Assembly: GCA_964409945.1 (NCBI GenBank)
Contig: CAYPFJ010000007.1
Location: 18,635 to 82,634 of the forward strand
DNA from: an uncultured archaeon
Lineage (GTDB): Archaea; Asgardarchaeota; Lokiarchaeia; Sigyniarchaeales; SOKP01
Direction of reading: 5' to 3'
DNA length: 64,000 bases
Positions 1 to 8,109 of this stretch are shown piece by piece. Numbering within the stretch: the stretch's first letter is position 1; every line of letters begins with the position of its first letter. The notes under the pieces were generated by a model. That model was not told the origin of the DNA. It worked only from the letters and a program-made list of their open reading frames with translations, and made no database searches. The position numbers were made by a program, and so were the translations under genes.

Positions 1-28
1 AAACTGAATATAAAAACAAAAAATAAAA

Positions 29-943
29 ATGAAACAAGTGATAAAAAAGCAAATGAATTCTAATCCTGAAAAAGAAAAAATTGATGATAGCAAAGTAGAT
101 TATACAATCGATTTTGTAACTACAAGTGCAATAAGTAAAATTGGTTATAAATTTCTTGTTTTATATCTCCCAATTCTATGGCTTTCTGGATATATGACTG
201 TTGCTGTATTTTTTGATGTATCAAGTTATATTCCGTGGTATATAAATATGTTTTTAATCCCTGTGTGGTTATTTGTATTATATTTTATTTTCGTATTTGG
301 AATCGCAATTTTTACAAAAGCGTTTATTCTTATAATAAATATGCTTCATAAGCCAAAAGAGGGAGTCTTCAGAGCCGAAGAAGGGGATCGAGACTATGAG
401 TTTTGGAGATTAAGAGTAGAGTTGAAGAAGATAGTTTTTTGGTTTATGAATAATGGCCCTTTAACATGGATAGTAATGTGGGGCTTCAGATGGATGGGTA
501 TTAAGGTAGACTTTTCAAGCCATGCTCAAGATTCTTGGGTGGATGAAAGATTTATTGAATTCGGGAGAAATGTTACTGTGGGCCAAGGAGCTGTTGTAAT
601 GAGCTCTCAGATCGTCGGAAGATATTTGATAATCAAAAAGATTTTTCTTGGAGATCACACGGTTGTAGGTGGACTATCACTTATATCTCCCGGCACAATT
701 ATGGGTAAGGAATCTGTGATTGGAGCATTTTCTGCGACAATTCCAAACCAAAAAATAGAAACTGGTTGGATTTACTTAGGCCCACATTTTGCTAGGAAAT
801 TAAAACCAAATAAATATGCAGAACAAAGACGAGATGTTATATACGAAGTCCGTGTAGATGATGAAATAAAATATGAAGTTAAACAAGAAGTCAATATAGA
901 TGAAGATAAGAAAAAGCTCTTAAACAATAATATAGAGGATTAA
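29..943 (+). CDS. Integral membrane protein with C-terminal left-handed beta-helix (hexapeptide-repeat) domain; 'type A' module of a TM+LbH paralog family (Pls/PosA C-terminal-domain-like)
   Basis: Hydrophobic segments (YKFLVLYLPILWLSGYMTVAVFF; FLIPVWLFVLYFIFVFGIAIF), then INMLHKPKEGVF..DYEFW and hexapeptide-like GQGAVVMSSQIVG / LGDHTVVGGLSLISPGTIMGKESVIGAFS. Collinear with the C-terminal halves of 9250..11079 and 11632..13512, including the tail EVNIDEDKK. Stop overlaps the next start (TAATG, 941-945). Confidence 0.6.
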   Translation: MKQVIKKQMNSNPEKEKIDDSKVDYTIDFVTTSAISKIGYKFLVLYLPILWLSGYMTVAVFFDVSSYIPWYINMFLIPVWLFVLYFIFVFGIAIFTKAFILIINMLHKPKEGVFRAEEGDRDYEFWRLRVELKKIVFWFMNNGPLTWIVMWGFRWMGIKVDFSSHAQDSWVDERFIEFGRNVTVGQGAVVMSSQIVGRYLIIKKIFLGDHTVVGGLSLISPGTIMGKESVIGAFSATIPNQKIETGWIYLGPHFARKLKPNKYAEQRRDVIYEVRVDDEIKYEVKQEVNIDEDKKKLLNNNIED

Positions 944-1818
944 TGAATATGTCAGTACCTTCGAGTTTAAAAGTAGGACCAAATACAACTCTTATCTTAG
1001 CCAAGAAAAGATATTTAATCTTTTATATCTTTTTAATTTGGATTAGTATTTTTACAATACAGTTTGAATTTTGGTTGTATTGGAATTGGCTGTACGGTCC
1101 TACACTTACTGAACCGAAAGTATTCATTCATTTCTTACTTTTGTTACCTTTTTTAGTTTTTGTTATGTATCTAACCTCAATTTTAGTATCATTATTCTTT
1201 GCCAAAGTGATTCTAGTAATCATTAATCTTATTCATAAACCACGAGAAGGAGTGTTCTTAAGACATCACTCAGATAAAGATTATAGATATTGGAGTCTTA
1301 GAAGTACTATAAAAAAATGGCCATTATGGCTATCACACAAGTTTCCTTTTCCTTTTATGAATAATATATGTTCCAAAATGTTTGGTATAAAAACTAACTA
1401 CTCCAACTCTTTATTTGAAGGATGGGTTGATACAGAATTCATTGAATTTGGAAAAAATATTGTAGTTGGACAGGGGGCTATAGTCCAGTCATCCGTTATT
1501 TTTGGAAATTTATTTATCATAAGAAAAACCATCATTGAAGATAATGTTATGATTGGTACCCAAAGTGTTGTTATGCCTGGAACGTATATGAAAAAAAATT
1601 GTATTTTAGGGGGTCATTCAATGACCACCGTAGGTCAAGAATTAGAAGAGAATTGGATTTATTTAGGGGCTCCAGCAAAAAAGTTTAAAAAAAATGTATT
1701 CTATGAAGATGGATTGGAAGAGATTATTAAAAATCAAGGAATAGGTGAAATTAAAACAGAAGCAAGATTTGAAGGATTATATACTGTGCGTAAGGATAAA
1801 GAGATTAATAGTGATTAA
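943..1818 (+). CDS. Integral membrane protein with C-terminal LbH domain; 'type B' module, paralog of 13509..14459
   Basis: INLIHKPREGVFLRHHSDKDYRYWSLRSTIKKWPLWL..FEGWVDTEFIEFGKNIVVGQGAIVQSSVIFGNLFIIRKTII aligns nearly residue for residue with the 316-aa ORF at 13509. There are two long hydrophobic segments N-terminally. Confidence 0.6.
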   Translation: MNMSVPSSLKVGPNTTLILAKKRYLIFYIFLIWISIFTIQFEFWLYWNWLYGPTLTEPKVFIHFLLLLPFLVFVMYLTSILVSLFFAKVILVIINLIHKPREGVFLRHHSDKDYRYWSLRSTIKKWPLWLSHKFPFPFMNNICSKMFGIKTNYSNSLFEGWVDTEFIEFGKNIVVGQGAIVQSSVIFGNLFIIRKTIIEDNVMIGTQSVVMPGTYMKKNCILGGHSMTTVGQELEENWIYLGAPAKKFKKNVFYEDGLEEIIKNQGIGEIKTEARFEGLYTVRKDKEINSD

Positions 1819-1820
1819 AA

Positions 1821-2621
1821 ATGAAAATTGGATATATCCAAACATCTCCACTATTTGGAGATAAAAAATATAATTTTGAAGAAATTGAAAAACTGATATC
1901 TGGCATAAAAGCAGATTTAATTGTATTACCAGAATTGTTTGCGACAGGTTATACTTTTGTTTCTAAAAAAGAAGCAGTATCATTAGCAGAAAGTCAAGAG
2001 GGTGAAACTGCTCAATTTCTCATAAATATTGCTCAATCGACTGGAGCAATAGTTATTGGCGGATTTATCGAAAAAGAAGGAGAAAAAATATACAATGCTG
2101 CAATAATAGTCTCAAATAAAGGAGTAATCGGCTCATATCGGAAAATACATCTATATTATAAGGAAAAACTTTGGTTTTCTCCAGGAAACAGACCCCTAAA
2201 AGTATATGGTATAGATGGAGTTAAATTAGGTATTATGATTTGTTTTGATTGGATTTTCCCAGAAACAGCGCGGATCCTTGCCCTTTTAAACGCGGATATT
2301 ATTGCTCATCCAGCAAATTTAGTACTTCCCTATTGCCAAAAGGCGATGATTACGAGATGTTTAGAAAATCGGGTATTTGCAATAACTTCAAATAGAATTG
2401 GTGAAGAAAAACGAGGAGATGATCATTTTAAATTTACTGGCAAAAGTCAAATAACTTCTTATAATGGTGAAATTTTATCATCTGCACCTGAGGATAAAAA
2501 TTATGTTGATATAATTGATATTGATATTCAAAAAGCTAGAAATAAAAAACTAAATGAGTTCAATAATTTATTTGAAAACCGACGTGTAGAATTTTATGAT
2601 ACTATTGTAAAAATAAAATAA
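1821..2621 (+). CDS. Carbon-nitrogen hydrolase (nitrilase superfamily)
   Basis: Glu-Lys-Cys triad context is present: LIVLPELFATGY, YRKIHLY, GIMICFDWIFPE. Length is 266 aa. Start lies 2 nt after the stop of 943..1818. Confidence 0.8.
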   Translation: MKIGYIQTSPLFGDKKYNFEEIEKLISGIKADLIVLPELFATGYTFVSKKEAVSLAESQEGETAQFLINIAQSTGAIVIGGFIEKEGEKIYNAAIIVSNKGVIGSYRKIHLYYKEKLWFSPGNRPLKVYGIDGVKLGIMICFDWIFPETARILALLNADIIAHPANLVLPYCQKAMITRCLENRVFAITSNRIGEEKRGDDHFKFTGKSQITSYNGEILSSAPEDKNYVDIIDIDIQKARNKKLNEFNNLFENRRVEFYDTIVKIK

Positions 2622-2638
2622 AAGTTCTTTTTTATTAT

Positions 2639-2905
2639 ATGAAAATTGAATATCCTTGTATATGTCCTTGTATAAATCTACCAATTGTGCATTATAGTTC
2701 TGAACACCTATTTAAGGGTAAATATAAACATGCTGATGAGATTGATATAAATCATTTTAAGAATTTCTTAAAAAAAACTATTAATTTCAATTTTGATCTA
2801 ATGTTAGAAATTAAAAATAAAGAAAAAAGTGCTTTAAGTGCCATAAAAATTCTAATTAATGATATTCGATTTATGCAAATTCTAGCAGAATTTTCAAATA
2901 ATTAG
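2639..2905 (+). pseudogene. uvdE: 5'-truncated remnant of UV damage endonuclease (UvdE), C-terminal ~75 aa only
   Basis: IVHYSSEHLFKGKYKHADEIDINHFKNFLKK..NFDLMLEIKNKEKSAL matches the UvdE C-terminus as I recall it (KVHLSSPK..RSHADYVD..F..L..IDFMIEAKQKDKAL). Full-length UvdE is about 300 aa. Only 17 nt separate it from the upstream gene. Confidence 0.55.
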
Positions 2906-2942
2906 CAATATATTTTTTAAAGTAAAAAAGCTGTGATTATTG

Positions 2943-3413
2943 ATGAGTGTTATTAAATTACCAAAAATGGAAGAAAAGGAAATAAAAGAAGCAATTAATT
3001 CCCATAACTTATGTAGAATAGCGTTTATTGATGATGAATATCCTTATATTTCACCTTTTCAATATATTTCTATTGAGGATATTTTATATTTTCATTTTAC
3101 TGATTATGGTAAAAAGAAAGAAATTCTTTCGAAGAATCCCAATGTATGTATTTCAATAGAAAATTTTGAACCCAATTTAAGTAGTTATTATTTTATTTCA
3201 ATGCAGGGCAAATTAGAATTAGTTGAAGATAATGAACTTAAGAAGGAAGTTATTAATCAAATGGCAAAGTCCGCGAGGAGCAAATATTCAAAGAATTTTT
3301 TATCCGCCCATGGCTTTGAAAAGAACAAAGGATGGGAGATATTTGCCCAAAAAAATCAACTTATTTATAAATTCAAACAAGTAGGACCTCCAATTGGATT
3401 AAAATCTATTTAA
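2943..3413 (+). CDS. Pyridoxamine 5'-phosphate oxidase-like FMN-binding split-barrel family protein
   Basis: 156 aa from ATG 2943. LCRIAFIDDEYPYISPFQYI..LYFHFTDYGKKKEIL..NPNVCISIE..YFISMQGKLELVED is the typical pattern of Pyridox_ox_2-type proteins. Confidence 0.55.
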   Translation: MSVIKLPKMEEKEIKEAINSHNLCRIAFIDDEYPYISPFQYISIEDILYFHFTDYGKKKEILSKNPNVCISIENFEPNLSSYYFISMQGKLELVEDNELKKEVINQMAKSARSKYSKNFLSAHGFEKNKGWEIFAQKNQLIYKFKQVGPPIGLKSI

Positions 3414-3480
3414 AAATATCCAGATGTGTCTATTTAATCTAGTTATAATATATGAATTTATTTTAATAAAAACTAAAATT

Positions 3481-3550
3481 TGATTTGGTAAAGTGTGGCT
3501 AACTTAATAGAATAAAATCTCATTTTTGTTATTTTATTCCCACCAAATCA
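3481..3550 (-). other. Extended RNA hairpin starting immediately after the stop of the redoxin gene (convergent intergenic region)
   Basis: Minus-strand transcript: UGAUUUGGUG pairs with UACCAAAUCA (10 bp including one G-U). The inner stem GAAUAAAAU/AUUUUAUUC (9 bp) has a 12-nt A-rich apical loop AACAAAAAUGAG and a 19-nt 3'-side bulge. Confidence 0.5.
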
Positions 3551-4027
3551 TTATATTTTATTAATTTTTTCAAGAACTTGTAAAATTTCCTCGTTTTCGG
3601 GAATATCATGCATATTTTTTCCATAATATGCGTATCGAATTATCCCTTTCTTGTCAATTATTAATAATCCAGGCATACGCCCAAGTTTTATCCACCTTTT
3701 TTCTTGTTTTAACATTGTAGCTACGTTTTCGGATTCATCATAAAAGACAGCATACTTTCTTGCATATTTTTGTTCCATTTTTTGAGCATTTTTTTCATTA
3801 TCTACTAAGATTGGATACAAAATCCCATCTAATTTTTCAAATTTTTCAATGTCTCTTCTTAATCTAGCAGCATGCCATCGACAGAAAGGTCAATTGATAT
3901 CTCTAAATAGCACAATTATTACATTTTTTTTATTTTCAAAATCTCTGATGTTGATTGTTTCACCTCTAGAGTTTGGCAAACTAAACTCAACGATCTTACT
4001 ACCAACTAAATTGAATTTATCTTTCAA
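3551..4027 (-). CDS. Thioredoxin-fold PRX_like2/AhpC-TSA family redoxin with in-frame TGA (3890..3892) at the first Cys of the CxxC motif; candidate selenoprotein (UxxC) or nonsense pseudogene; TTG start
   Basis: Own translation of the minus strand: (TTG)KDKFNLVGSKIVEFSLPNSRGETINIRDFENKKNVIIVLFRDIN[TGA]PFCRWHAARLRRDIEKFEKLDGILYPILVDNE.., continuing in frame into track ORF 3551..3820 (..GRMPGLLIIDKKGIIRYAYYG..). Family consensus is F.RG.WCP(F/Y)CR. Total length is 158 codons. Confidence 0.55.
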
Positions 4028-4144
4028 TTTGTTCTCACTTTAGTTTTTATTTATATTTTAAATAAAAAATAAATAAATATTGTTTAATTATTTAGTTCTT
4101 TAAAATTATAAATCTAATTTGAAAATCAATTTTATGGTGAAGAA

Positions 4145-4551
4145 ATGGCTCTTGATATAAATTGGTTAGCCGTTGCAGTTGTTACATTGATATATTATTT
4201 TGCAATCCATTTTTTTTAGTACTTTCCTTCGGCATTCGGTAATTTATGGCTTAAATTAGTTGGAAAAGAAAGTGAACCTAAATCTAAAATTATTCGAGAT
4301 ACAATGTTACTGATTCCAACTACTAGTTTTATAACTGTTATTTTCATCGCGATAATGATGGAATTAACGGGCATTAACGATATTGTTTCTGCATTGCTAA
4401 TTTAACCCTTTTATGGATTAGATTTGTTGCTACAATCGCTATAAACCAAACTAATTTTAATGATAGAGGATTAAAACTTTTTCTATTGGAATATAGTTTT
4501 TATCTTGTAGGTTTTATAATTGCTAGATTAATATTAGCAGTTTGGGGATAA
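4145..4551 (+). pseudogene. DUF1761-family membrane protein, disrupted (TGG->TAG at 4217..4219 plus at least one frameshift near 4390-4400)
   Basis: MALDINWLAVAVVTLIYYFAIHFF[TAG]YFPSAFGNLWLKLVGKE.. fits the DUF1761 N-terminus (..W-Y....FG..W). The C-terminal part, NDRGLKLFLLEYSFYLVGFIIARLILAVWG*, is in another frame. The span is 407 nt, not a multiple of 3. Confidence 0.5.
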
Positions 4552-4674
4552 ATTAGTAATTAATTTATAATTTATTAATCAACAAATTTTTTTTTTTTCG
4601 TTTAATGTATTTAAATAATAAATTTATAATTTTTAGACATACAAGTTAAAAACTAATTTATAATATTTTAAACT

Positions 4675-5514
4675 ATGAACTCTATAGAAAAATCAGAAGA
4701 AGGTTGGTTAATACCAAAATCTCCAATTGCATTTGAGTACCTAAAAAGATTCAATCGAAATATGGGTATTTTACATTTAGTACAAGGATTGCTAATGGTT
4801 TTATTTGGATTTTTACCTCAACTTGCTTTTTCCAGAGACATTTACACATTTTACCTAAAGTTTGAACTTGTTGGGCCAGATTTTGTTATTTCACCTAATC
4901 CTGCAGTACTTTTCGTCTTTAGCGCTTTAGGTGCATTTGTTGGATCCTTTTTATTGATGTCTGCTATTGCCCATCTATTAATTGCTTACCCACTTAATAA
5001 AAGTTACGTCAAGAATTTAAAAAGAGGAATAAATAAGGTACGTTGGTTTGAGTACGCTTTTTCAAGTTCAGTGATGATTTTCTTAATCGCTATTTTCTTT
5101 GGAGTGTGGGATTTCTGGTCATTGTTTATGATTTTTGTCTTAAATGCTCTGATGAATATGTTTGGTTTAATGATGGAATCATACAATGTATATACGAGAG
5201 AAAAAAATGAGAAGGTTAAATGGGGTCCATTTTATCTAGGTGTTATTGCCGGAGCCGTTCCTTGGATTGTTATTACTGCGTACTTTATAAGTACTGAAAC
5301 GATTGGAGGAGAAGTACCACTATTTGTCTACCTAATATACGGAATTGAATTGTTCTTCTTTAATACATTCGCTATCAACATGATATTGCAATATAAAGGA
5401 GTAGGAAAGTGGAAAGATTATCTATACGGTGAAAAAGTGTATCAACTTTTGAGTCTTGTATCTAAAACATTTCTAGCATGGTTAGTATTTGCAGGAGTAT
5501 TTAGTCCAGCTTAA
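4675..5514 (+). CDS. Heliorhodopsin
   Basis: Blocks are collinear with heliorhodopsin 48C12 as I recall it: LKRFNRNMGILHLVQ (LQNFNRIAGVFHLLQ), RWFEYAFSSSVMIFLIA (RWVEYSLSSSVMIVLIA, counterion Glu), GAVPWIV, LQYKGVGKWKDYLYGEKVYQLLSLVSKTFLAW (LQYKGKGKWSNYLRGERAYIVLSLVAKSALAW, retinal Lys). 279 aa with a 7-TM-like profile. Confidence 0.85.
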   Translation: MNSIEKSEEGWLIPKSPIAFEYLKRFNRNMGILHLVQGLLMVLFGFLPQLAFSRDIYTFYLKFELVGPDFVISPNPAVLFVFSALGAFVGSFLLMSAIAHLLIAYPLNKSYVKNLKRGINKVRWFEYAFSSSVMIFLIAIFFGVWDFWSLFMIFVLNALMNMFGLMMESYNVYTREKNEKVKWGPFYLGVIAGAVPWIVITAYFISTETIGGEVPLFVYLIYGIELFFFNTFAINMILQYKGVGKWKDYLYGEKVYQLLSLVSKTFLAWLVFAGVFSPA

Positions 5515-5558
5515 TTATCCAAAATAATATAGAAAAAAGATTATTTTTTTTTTTTTAT

Positions 5559-7199
5559 TTATGCTTCTACTATATACAACGGCCATTTTTTTAAAATTCC
5601 TTTAGGATTTTTACCATTTCGAACTTTTTCTAAGATTTCTGAACGCGTTGCTAAAAAATCTACTGGATTCTCATTTATTAATTCGATTTTAATTTCATTA
5701 TTTAAGAGAGCTTCTTTAAAGTTATCATTTGCACTGCAATCAAGTAATATTTTACTATAATTCTTCAAATTATAACAGTTTTTCTTACCATTTGAATAAA
5801 GAAACAACGTCCATGGTTTATCTGAAATCGAATTTTTTCTAACTAATAAAAGTGAATCAAGATCTAAACCACATTTCTCTTTTAAACAATTTAATAGAAG
5901 TCGTGGACTTTGAACTTCAAAATTAGAATAAGTAAAATAATCACCAGCAAATACCTTATAATGCGATTGTATAACGATTTCTTTTGATATATTTATTGGA
6001 TATTTTAATAGAAAACTTGAACGTAAAATTTTTCCATCTATTTGAGGGAGACCTTCCTGATTTTTAATAGAGATAACATCACCCAAATCAATATTAATTA
6101 AAACTCCTGAGTTATTAAGCCGAGAAACATAAAGCTTACCACATTTATTTTTAGTTCTTGAAACTGCTTCTTTCTTTCCTTTATGTTCTATTACGGGAAG
6201 AGTTAATGGAAAAATATACATTTTATTTAAACGTGAAATTTCATAATCTCCCTTATTTATACTTGCAGCAAACGGACCAATTTCAGAAGCTACATAAAGG
6301 TTTGTAAATTTTTCTTTCCCCACCTCCCATTTCATAAAATTACGAATTAATTCCCAATCTGATTTTGATAATGAACTTATACTAAAAACCAAAGTTGCTT
6401 TAGAAATTTTATTAGATAATTCTTTTTGAATTTCTTTTGAAGCATTAACTAACCCATTATTTTCAATTTTTAATAGAAGGTCTTCAAATTTTGGATTTTG
6501 GTTTTTGTGTATTAATTCAAGTGATCTTTTTATCCCCTCTTGGAGTCTAATAATATCTGCCCATCCCAAAATTGTTATCGCTGGTGCAGAAATGACTGAG
6601 ATATTATCCATCGTTAAGATTTTAGATATAATCTCTAGATTTCTTGAATTTTTATATTCATAAAACAGATATGATTTTGGTTTAATAACGGATAACATGA
6701 TTCGTTGAGAAAATTCTGAAGAGTAAAGTGAAATATATTTCTTATCTCCATATGATCTAATCCCATCGAATTTTAACCTAGAAGGAACAAAAATTATAGC
6801 AGATGAATTTGAATCTAATCCACTCGATTCAAAGATTGCTTGCATGCCAGGAGCCCATTGCCTCTTTACAATATCGTTTGCCATATGGAACCATTTTAAC
6901 ATCGACAATCTGCTATTTGTAGTCCCCGAAGTATGGCAAAAAATTAATGGATCAGATACATTATCGTTATTTAGATAATCATCTAAATCAATTGAGAAAG
7001 TTCTTGAATCAGTTGTTTCAGATTTTATTCTAATAAAAAGATCTTCAACAGACAATAACCCCGAAAGTTTTAATGATAATTCTTCATATTCCTTTTTAGA
7101 ACTTATTTTAAGCCAATGTTTCCAATTTATTCTTTCTATATTTGAAAAAGATTTATTGACGTATTTTTGGACTTTAATATCAAAATCAAATGACTCCAA
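5559..7199 (-). CDS. Hypothetical protein with ANL/GH3/LuxE-like TSGTT motif; possible divergent adenylate-forming enzyme
   Basis: 546 aa. LIFCHTSGTTNSRLSMLKW resembles the A3 P-loop (T/S-S-G-T-T). YVASEIGPFA, DLGDVIS and a C-terminal KGILKKWP are loosely A5/A8/A10-like. No confident family assignment. Confidence 0.35.
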   Translation of the reverse strand: MESFDFDIKVQKYVNKSFSNIERINWKHWLKISSKKEYEELSLKLSGLLSVEDLFIRIKSETTDSRTFSIDLDDYLNNDNVSDPLIFCHTSGTTNSRLSMLKWFHMANDIVKRQWAPGMQAIFESSGLDSNSSAIIFVPSRLKFDGIRSYGDKKYISLYSSEFSQRIMLSVIKPKSYLFYEYKNSRNLEIISKILTMDNISVISAPAITILGWADIIRLQEGIKRSLELIHKNQNPKFEDLLLKIENNGLVNASKEIQKELSNKISKATLVFSISSLSKSDWELIRNFMKWEVGKEKFTNLYVASEIGPFAASINKGDYEISRLNKMYIFPLTLPVIEHKGKKEAVSRTKNKCGKLYVSRLNNSGVLINIDLGDVISIKNQEGLPQIDGKILRSSFLLKYPINISKEIVIQSHYKVFAGDYFTYSNFEVQSPRLLLNCLKEKCGLDLDSLLLVRKNSISDKPWTLFLYSNGKKNCYNLKNYSKILLDCSANDNFKEALLNNEIKIELINENPVDFLATRSEILEKVRNGKNPKGILKKWPLYIVEA

Positions 7200-7330
7200 A
7201 ATGAGGTTCCACTATTTTAATTTTATGTTACTTAATTAAATACTTAAAAATATGAAATTTTAAAAATCTAATAGAATAAATAAGGAAAAAAAGAATTATA
7301 TTATTTTACGAAAAAATTTTATATTTTAAA

Positions 7331-7885
7331 TTAAATATATGCTAAAATACCATATAACCCTGTTTCAGAATCTTGGAATATAGGCAAATGTGGAGGCAAA
7401 TAGGTAAAGATTATTAAAGAGAATCCCAAACTAATAAGAATTATCCATGAAGTAATAGTCAACCATCGTGGTAGTTCTTTTAAAGTCATAATCTTATAAC
7501 TTACAAATTGACCTATAATCACACCAATAAAGAAACTCATAATGTCAATAATAAGAAGTTCTGTTCCAAGAATAGCTGTATATGAATAAAAAACAATTAG
7601 AATCGTACCAATACTTATTATTGCCGCAAAACTTTTTCCAATAATAATATTTTTTGCGTTTTCTTTTATAAATTTATATTCGATTAATGAAAATATTATA
7701 AGCGGCCAATAGGGGAGTTTCAGATGTTCCCACACACTTTCATTAACTGCTGTAATTGCTCCAATAGGCGGCCAAGAAAAAAGCCATTCAAATAAGAAGT
7801 GGAATAAAGTTCCAACGATAATGATAAATATCATACCGAAAATTTCCCATCGTAATAATTTGTTCTTCATTTTTTCACCTTTCAC
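7331..7885 (-). CDS. Uncharacterised multi-pass membrane protein (VNESxWEHxKL motif)
   Basis: 184 aa with about 5 hydrophobic helices. Alternative start MKNKLL at 7870. Confidence 0.55.
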   Translation of the reverse strand: MKGEKMKNKLLRWEIFGMIFIIIVGTLFHFLFEWLFSWPPIGAITAVNESVWEHLKLPYWPLIIFSLIEYKFIKENAKNIIIGKSFAAIISIGTILIVFYSYTAILGTELLIIDIMSFFIGVIIGQFVSYKIMTLKELPRWLTITSWIILISLGFSLIIFTYLPPHLPIFQDSETGLYGILAYI

Positions 7886-8109
7886 TTATTATAAAGTATT
7901 TTAATTAGTTTTGAATAAATTGAAAATAAAAATAGTGTATATTTTTATTAAAATTAGCAGATCAAATTTTAAAATAGTTTTGTTTAGATCCTATAACTTT
8001 ATTCTAATTTTTCACTAATCTTTATCAGAACTTATATTAATTTCTTTATTATTTCTAGATTGGAATTTATTAATATTAAGTATCAAAAAATGAATTTTTG
8101 TGGTTTTAT

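Noticed and set aside
3481-3550. Calling the 3' UTR hairpin a SECIS element outright
   Set aside because: The stems are AU-rich and fully Watson-Crick. I could not find the archaeal GAA/A internal loop or a eukaryote-like sheared G-A quartet. Its location between convergent genes fits a terminator equally well, so it is kept only as a low-interest lead.
3849-4043. Track ORF (64 aa, + strand)
   Set aside because: It is antisense to the N-terminal half of the redoxin gene, whose minus-strand translation shows a clear thioredoxin-fold family pattern. The + strand product is low-complexity with no recognisable motif.
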